The notes under the pieces were generated by a model. The model ran no database searches and had not been told where the DNA came from. It was given only the letters and a program-made list of their open reading frames with translations. A stretch of 64,000 nucleotides of DNA, taken from IMG/VR virus record IMGVR_UViG_3300036406_001149; one strand, given 5' to 3'. The first letter of the stretch is position 1. Every line of letters begins with the position of its first letter. Of this stretch, positions 61,132-64,000 are shown piece after piece. The translations under genes and the position numbers were made by a program. Origin of the DNA: a virus.

Positions 61132-61314
61132 TTATTTATCTCCAATGTTTTGTTGCTTATAAAATTCTATTCCTGCCTCAAATCCAGAAGAGAAATAGTT
61201 AAAAGAATTAGGAGTACCCTTGTACCATCCTTCACCAATCCATACTGGCTGAATATTCTTTTGAGCTTTCTCATATTCACTAACAATAGCCGCTAGTCTG
61301 GTCTTATCATCCAT
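61132..61314 (-). CDS. Hypothetical protein
   Basis: ORF track. Confidence 0.5.
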   Translation of the reverse strand: MDDKTRLAAIVSEYEKAQKNIQPVWIGEGWYKGTPNSFNYFSSGFEAGIEFYKQQNIGDK

Positions 61315-61499
61315 TAATTATTCTCCATAAAGCTATTGATTAGATTAGCCAGTTTCCCCAAATCTTCTTTATTCACCATCATTGTATATCGTTCATTAGC
61401 ATAATTAGTTAATCTCACCATATAACACTTATTCTTCAAATGAGGATTGTGAAGAATCTCAACAAAATCATCATGCAAATTGGCAAAATCTGATTTCAT
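61314..61499 (-). CDS. Small protein, family member with 59606-59797 and 60157-60336
   Basis: DFVEILHNPHLKNKCYMVRL...KEDLGKLANLINSFMENN. Confidence 0.55.
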   Translation of the reverse strand: MKSDFANLHDDFVEILHNPHLKNKCYMVRLTNYANERYTMMVNKEDLGKLANLINSFMENN

Positions 61500-61523
61500 T
61501 TGATTTCTTTTTCATTTATGGGT

Positions 61524-61709
61524 TCATTTCCCACTGATTACTATTTGATTAGACCCTTTGCGGGACTTTATCCCACAGATATGACGAAGCAGAATGTGGG
61601 AGTTATTGATTTCAAAGCCCGGTTTATCCTTCTTTTGGTCAATATAATACTGGATCATAGAGGCTAAAAGTTCTAGTTCCTTATCAGTCAATTGAATCGT
61701 CTTATACAT
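61524..61709 (-). CDS. Hypothetical protein
   Basis: First gene after promoter 61767-61795; GAGG RBS. Confidence 0.55.
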   Translation of the reverse strand: MYKTIQLTDKELELLASMIQYYIDQKKDKPGFEINNSHILLRHICGIKSRKGSNQIVISGK

Positions 61710-61766
61710 CCTAAAACCTCAAATTTCCCCTGTATTATTACTTTTACTACCAGTATCCATCATAGC

Positions 61767-61795
61767 AGTATACAACAAAGAATCGTTCTCGTCAA
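61767..61795 (-). promoter_or_regulatory. Sigma70-type promoter TTGACG-17-TATACT
   Basis: CGAT in the spacer and CGATAC just upstream of the -35. Confidence 0.65.
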
Positions 61796-61812
61796 GTATC
61801 GACAAAGGGGTA

Positions 61813-61841
61813 TTGACAACTTTAATCAGAAGTGCTACAAT
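61813..61841 (+). promoter_or_regulatory. Divergent plus-strand promoter TTGACA-17-TACAAT
   Basis: Near-consensus; no plus-strand ORF of 60 aa or more follows. Confidence 0.65.
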
Positions 61842-61937
61842 TAGCCTGTTATCCCATCAATTCCATCACGGGCTAAGATAATAAGTGAATTAATATACAA
61901 TTAGCCAGTAAATAGAGCGTATTAGCTAAACAAAGTC

Positions 61938-62132
61938 CTATTTGGACTCATACTGGGATTCTTGAGAGGTATAAGTGGGGGTTTTTGATATGGGTGATAA
62001 TGGTTTTTTAAGATAATAATGTACAGAAACCATAGATGCTACCGTTACTACAGCAACAAATAGTAAGCTTTTGATAAAAGGAACGTGAAATTCTTTAAAT
62101 TTTGATTTACTCATCATAATTATCATCCTCAT
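61938..62132 (-). CDS. Small single-TM protein
   Basis: FIKSLLFVAVVTVASMVSVHYYL. Confidence 0.5.
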   Translation of the reverse strand: MRMIIMMSKSKFKEFHVPFIKSLLFVAVVTVASMVSVHYYLKKPLSPISKTPTYTSQESQYESK

Positions 62133-62478
62133 ATAAGTATTCTTCTAAATATGCTACTAAAGCCCCGTGTGCGATGATGCAGAAGAAAATAATAAGGTGT
62201 CCATATTTGATCAAGGGGTCATTATGTGTCATTAAAATATCTCAAGATTTTGGCCGTTATGGCTAACAGGAGTAATAGTCCTATGAGGAGGATGAATATT
62301 CTTGTGGGATCATCATGTATAAAGGTTGGACAAATTGGTTTACTAACTGTGGAAATTATTTGAACTATCATTGTCGTCTTTCCTAGAAAGATAAGAGACA
62401 AAATATAAACCTCCAACATATACTACTGATTCTACTAGAATCAATCCCAACATGAAGAATCCTAAGTTACTAAATATT

Positions 62479-62646
62479 TCATTCATAACCAAAAACTTTT
62501 TTAATCAAGCCCAGAAAATATCCTGATTTGGTTACAATTTTTGGTTCAACCTGCTCAACTTTGTCACAACTTTCAGTAACACAATTCTTCTTACAAACTT
62601 TCTTGGAACAAGTTTTCTTTTTGGGAGTAGCTTTCTTTTTTGACAT
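62479..62646 (-). CDS. 55-aa Lys/Cys-rich basic protein
   Basis: Below cutoff: MSKKKATPKKKTCSKKVCKKNC...; AAGGA RBS. Confidence 0.5.
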   Translation of the reverse strand: MSKKKATPKKKTCSKKVCKKNCVTESCDKVEQVEPKIVTKSGYFLGLIKKVFGYE

Positions 62647-62664
62647 TGTTTTTATCCTTATGAT

Positions 62665-62984
62665 CGGCTGACTGTTACCATAAAAACCAAATCCAGATGA
62701 TTAGGTGAGACTATTAGTTATAGTAAAATTTTTTATAGATATGTCAATATCATTTTTTAAATTCTAATTTTGGTAATAAACATTCTATAGAATCATTGAT
62801 AGGAACTACTTCTATTCGTAACAAAGTATCATGAGATTGGGGATTTTGTTTGGAATAACTATTAATGAGATTTTGAATTTTCCCACACAAATCATTACAA
62901 TCCAAATTCTTATTCAAAGAAATGGATACCATATTCCGACTGACTATAGCCATAAAAACCAACCCTATATATTTAGGTGAGACA
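62665..62984 (-). repeat. Two diverged copies (62665-62711, 62937-62984) of a 47-48 nt leader element
   Basis: GTCTCACCTAA-N9/10-TTTGGTTTTTATGG-N4-AGTCAGYCG. Confidence 0.75.
62750..62932 (-). CDS. Hypothetical protein
   Basis: Likely start MVSIS at 62932, just after the repeat copy. Confidence 0.5.
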   Translation of the reverse strand: MVSISLNKNLDCNDLCGKIQNLINSYSKQNPQSHDTLLRIEVVPINDSIECLLPKLEFKK

Positions 62985-63001
62985 GACCCACCAATTTAAA
63001 T

Positions 63002-63041
63002 AAAAATAGGAGACCAATCATTCCTGACTGATCCCCTATTT
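63002..63041 (-). terminator. Long hairpin terminator
   Basis: 17-bp stem AAATAGGGGATCAGTCA/TGATTGGTCTCCTATTT (3 G:U), GGAA loop, U-rich tail. Confidence 0.7.
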
Positions 63042-63195
63042 ATAGTATACCTGGGGCTTTGATCCTCAAGTAGAACTTATTATTTAATCGCTGGAGGAGA
63101 ACAATGACATGAGTAATAATATAACGATACTAATGCTAACAATGTCACGATTGTTCCAACACTCCAATAAACTAATGTATAATTCATAAAGCACC

Positions 63196-63483
63196 TCATT
63201 GGTTAATTGTAAAAGTTTCTGTATCTGCCTTATCGGTTTTACTAATCTTATTCTTTCGAATAACTTTAGTAATACGTCCACGACGATCATCATGAGAAGA
63301 TTCTAAGAAGCATTTGTCTTCATGGTTATCATGAAAACCCTTAAAATGCCAGTCATAACTTTTTAGAATATCTTCTGGAGTAGTAGAATGATCATAAATT
63401 TCACCCTCTACTTCAAAAGAAATTATTCTGTGAAATTTCTTAGGCATGATGATGCTCCTCTTCTGTGAGAGTAGCAGGACCAT
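63196..63483 (-). CDS. Hypothetical protein
   Basis: ORF track; likely start MPKKF after AGGAG. Confidence 0.5.
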   Translation of the reverse strand: MVLLLSQKRSIIMPKKFHRIISFEVEGEIYDHSTTPEDILKSYDWHFKGFHDNHEDKCFLESSHDDRRGRITKVIRKNKISKTDKADTETFTINQ

Positions 63484-63706
63484 TAAAATCTTCCCAATTT
63501 TCTACCAAAACATCTGGTGCTTCTTTCCGTATCTCAGCTTCTAAGGCATAATTAGATTCTTTATCTTTTTCATGCTCAAGGTAGTCTCTTAGTCTATCCT
63601 TAATCTGCATGAAATCTAATTCTCCTAATATCTGATCAATATACTTTCTCTGAATTTCCTTACGATTAATCTGACTAACATATCTAGCACGCATAATACA
63701 CCTCAT
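63440..63706 (-). CDS. Hypothetical protein
   Basis: Likely start at the second ATG (63694) after GAGGTG RBS. Confidence 0.55.
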   Translation of the reverse strand: MRCIMRARYVSQINRKEIQRKYIDQILGELDFMQIKDRLRDYLEHEKDKESNYALEAEIRKEAPDVLVENWEDFNGPATLTEEEHHHA

Positions 63707-64000
63707 GGTTAAAAGTTAAAAAACAACTCTTTGCCCATGATTCCATCAGTCCCGCATTTGTCTCACCAAGTGCTTGACCATTGGCTCCGTTGACTCTGGT
63801 TATTATACCGAAAGCGGCCTAATAGCACAAAGAGATTTTATTAATCTTTTTTTATCTGGAATCTCTTAACTTCAGCGTTCGCTGATTCGTCTTGAGATAC
63901 TAATGGTATATTGTAAGATTAATTTATCCTTGGGCCTCGCAGAATCAATTAAAGGATGGTGTTGCTCTCGTTTCACATGCTATTAAAAAATGACGGCCAC

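Noticed and set aside
63691-63702. GGTGTATTAT as another class II promoter
   Set aside because: Here GAGGTG sits 5 nt before an ATG and is best explained as the Shine-Dalgarno sequence.
63735-63755. Hammerhead ribozyme, suggested by CTGATG
   Set aside because: It reads CTGATGG rather than CTGANGA, and no GAAA-stem-UH arrangement fits.
1-64000. CRISPR array or cas genes
   Set aside because: No regularly spaced 25-45 bp direct repeats and no Cas motifs seen; the only longer repeats are two-copy.
1-64000. Stop-codon reassignment (code 15 or 4)
   Set aside because: Known enzymes (GuaC, RuvB, ligase, ThyX, UvsE) are full length under code 11, TAG and TGA end genes at tight junctions, and no suppressor tRNA is present.
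1-64000. Integrase, transposase, intein or group I/II intron
   Set aside because: No recombinase or DDE motifs, no intein splice motifs in ligase, RuvB, ThyX or primase, and no interrupted conserved gene apart from the glycosyltransferase island.

Overview
64 kb segment of an AT-rich, densely packed large tailed-phage genome. Almost every gene is on the minus strand; the exceptions are a two-gene glycosyltransferase cassette at 11.6-12.9 kb and an HNH gene at 44 kb. From left to right the window holds: a putative lysis/structural block (1-4 kb); a sigma factor, ClpP and bacterioferritin-like block; GuaC and a rearranged glycosyl/methyltransferase island (9-15 kb); an actin-like ATPase beside a membrane-anchored trypsin; RuvB with a non-canonical RuvA-like partner; a RepB-type primase and rIIA/rIIB; and about 35 kb of mostly small early-type genes. 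That last stretch also carries DNA ligase, UvsE, ThyX, an HhH glycosylase, metallophosphoesterases, a PRTase, Hsp20 and a subtilisin. RNA genes are tRNA-Leu(UAA), tRNA-Gly(UCC) and a complete tmRNA with tag GKTTLALAA. The most unusual signals are non-coding: an 82-nt tRNA/tmRNA-TLD-like RNA (23362-23443), a candidate RNA thermometer ahead of hsp20, several GC-rich structured intergenic RNAs, and two promoter classes (TTGACA promoters with a CGAT spacer motif, and GGTGTATWAT promoters with no -35). Several host-like enzyme folds (DeoC, Bfr, macrodomain) have lost catalytic residues. A Planctomycetota host is inferred only from protein style. All family assignments come from motif recognition and recall; no database search or folding program was run, and RNA structures were paired by hand.
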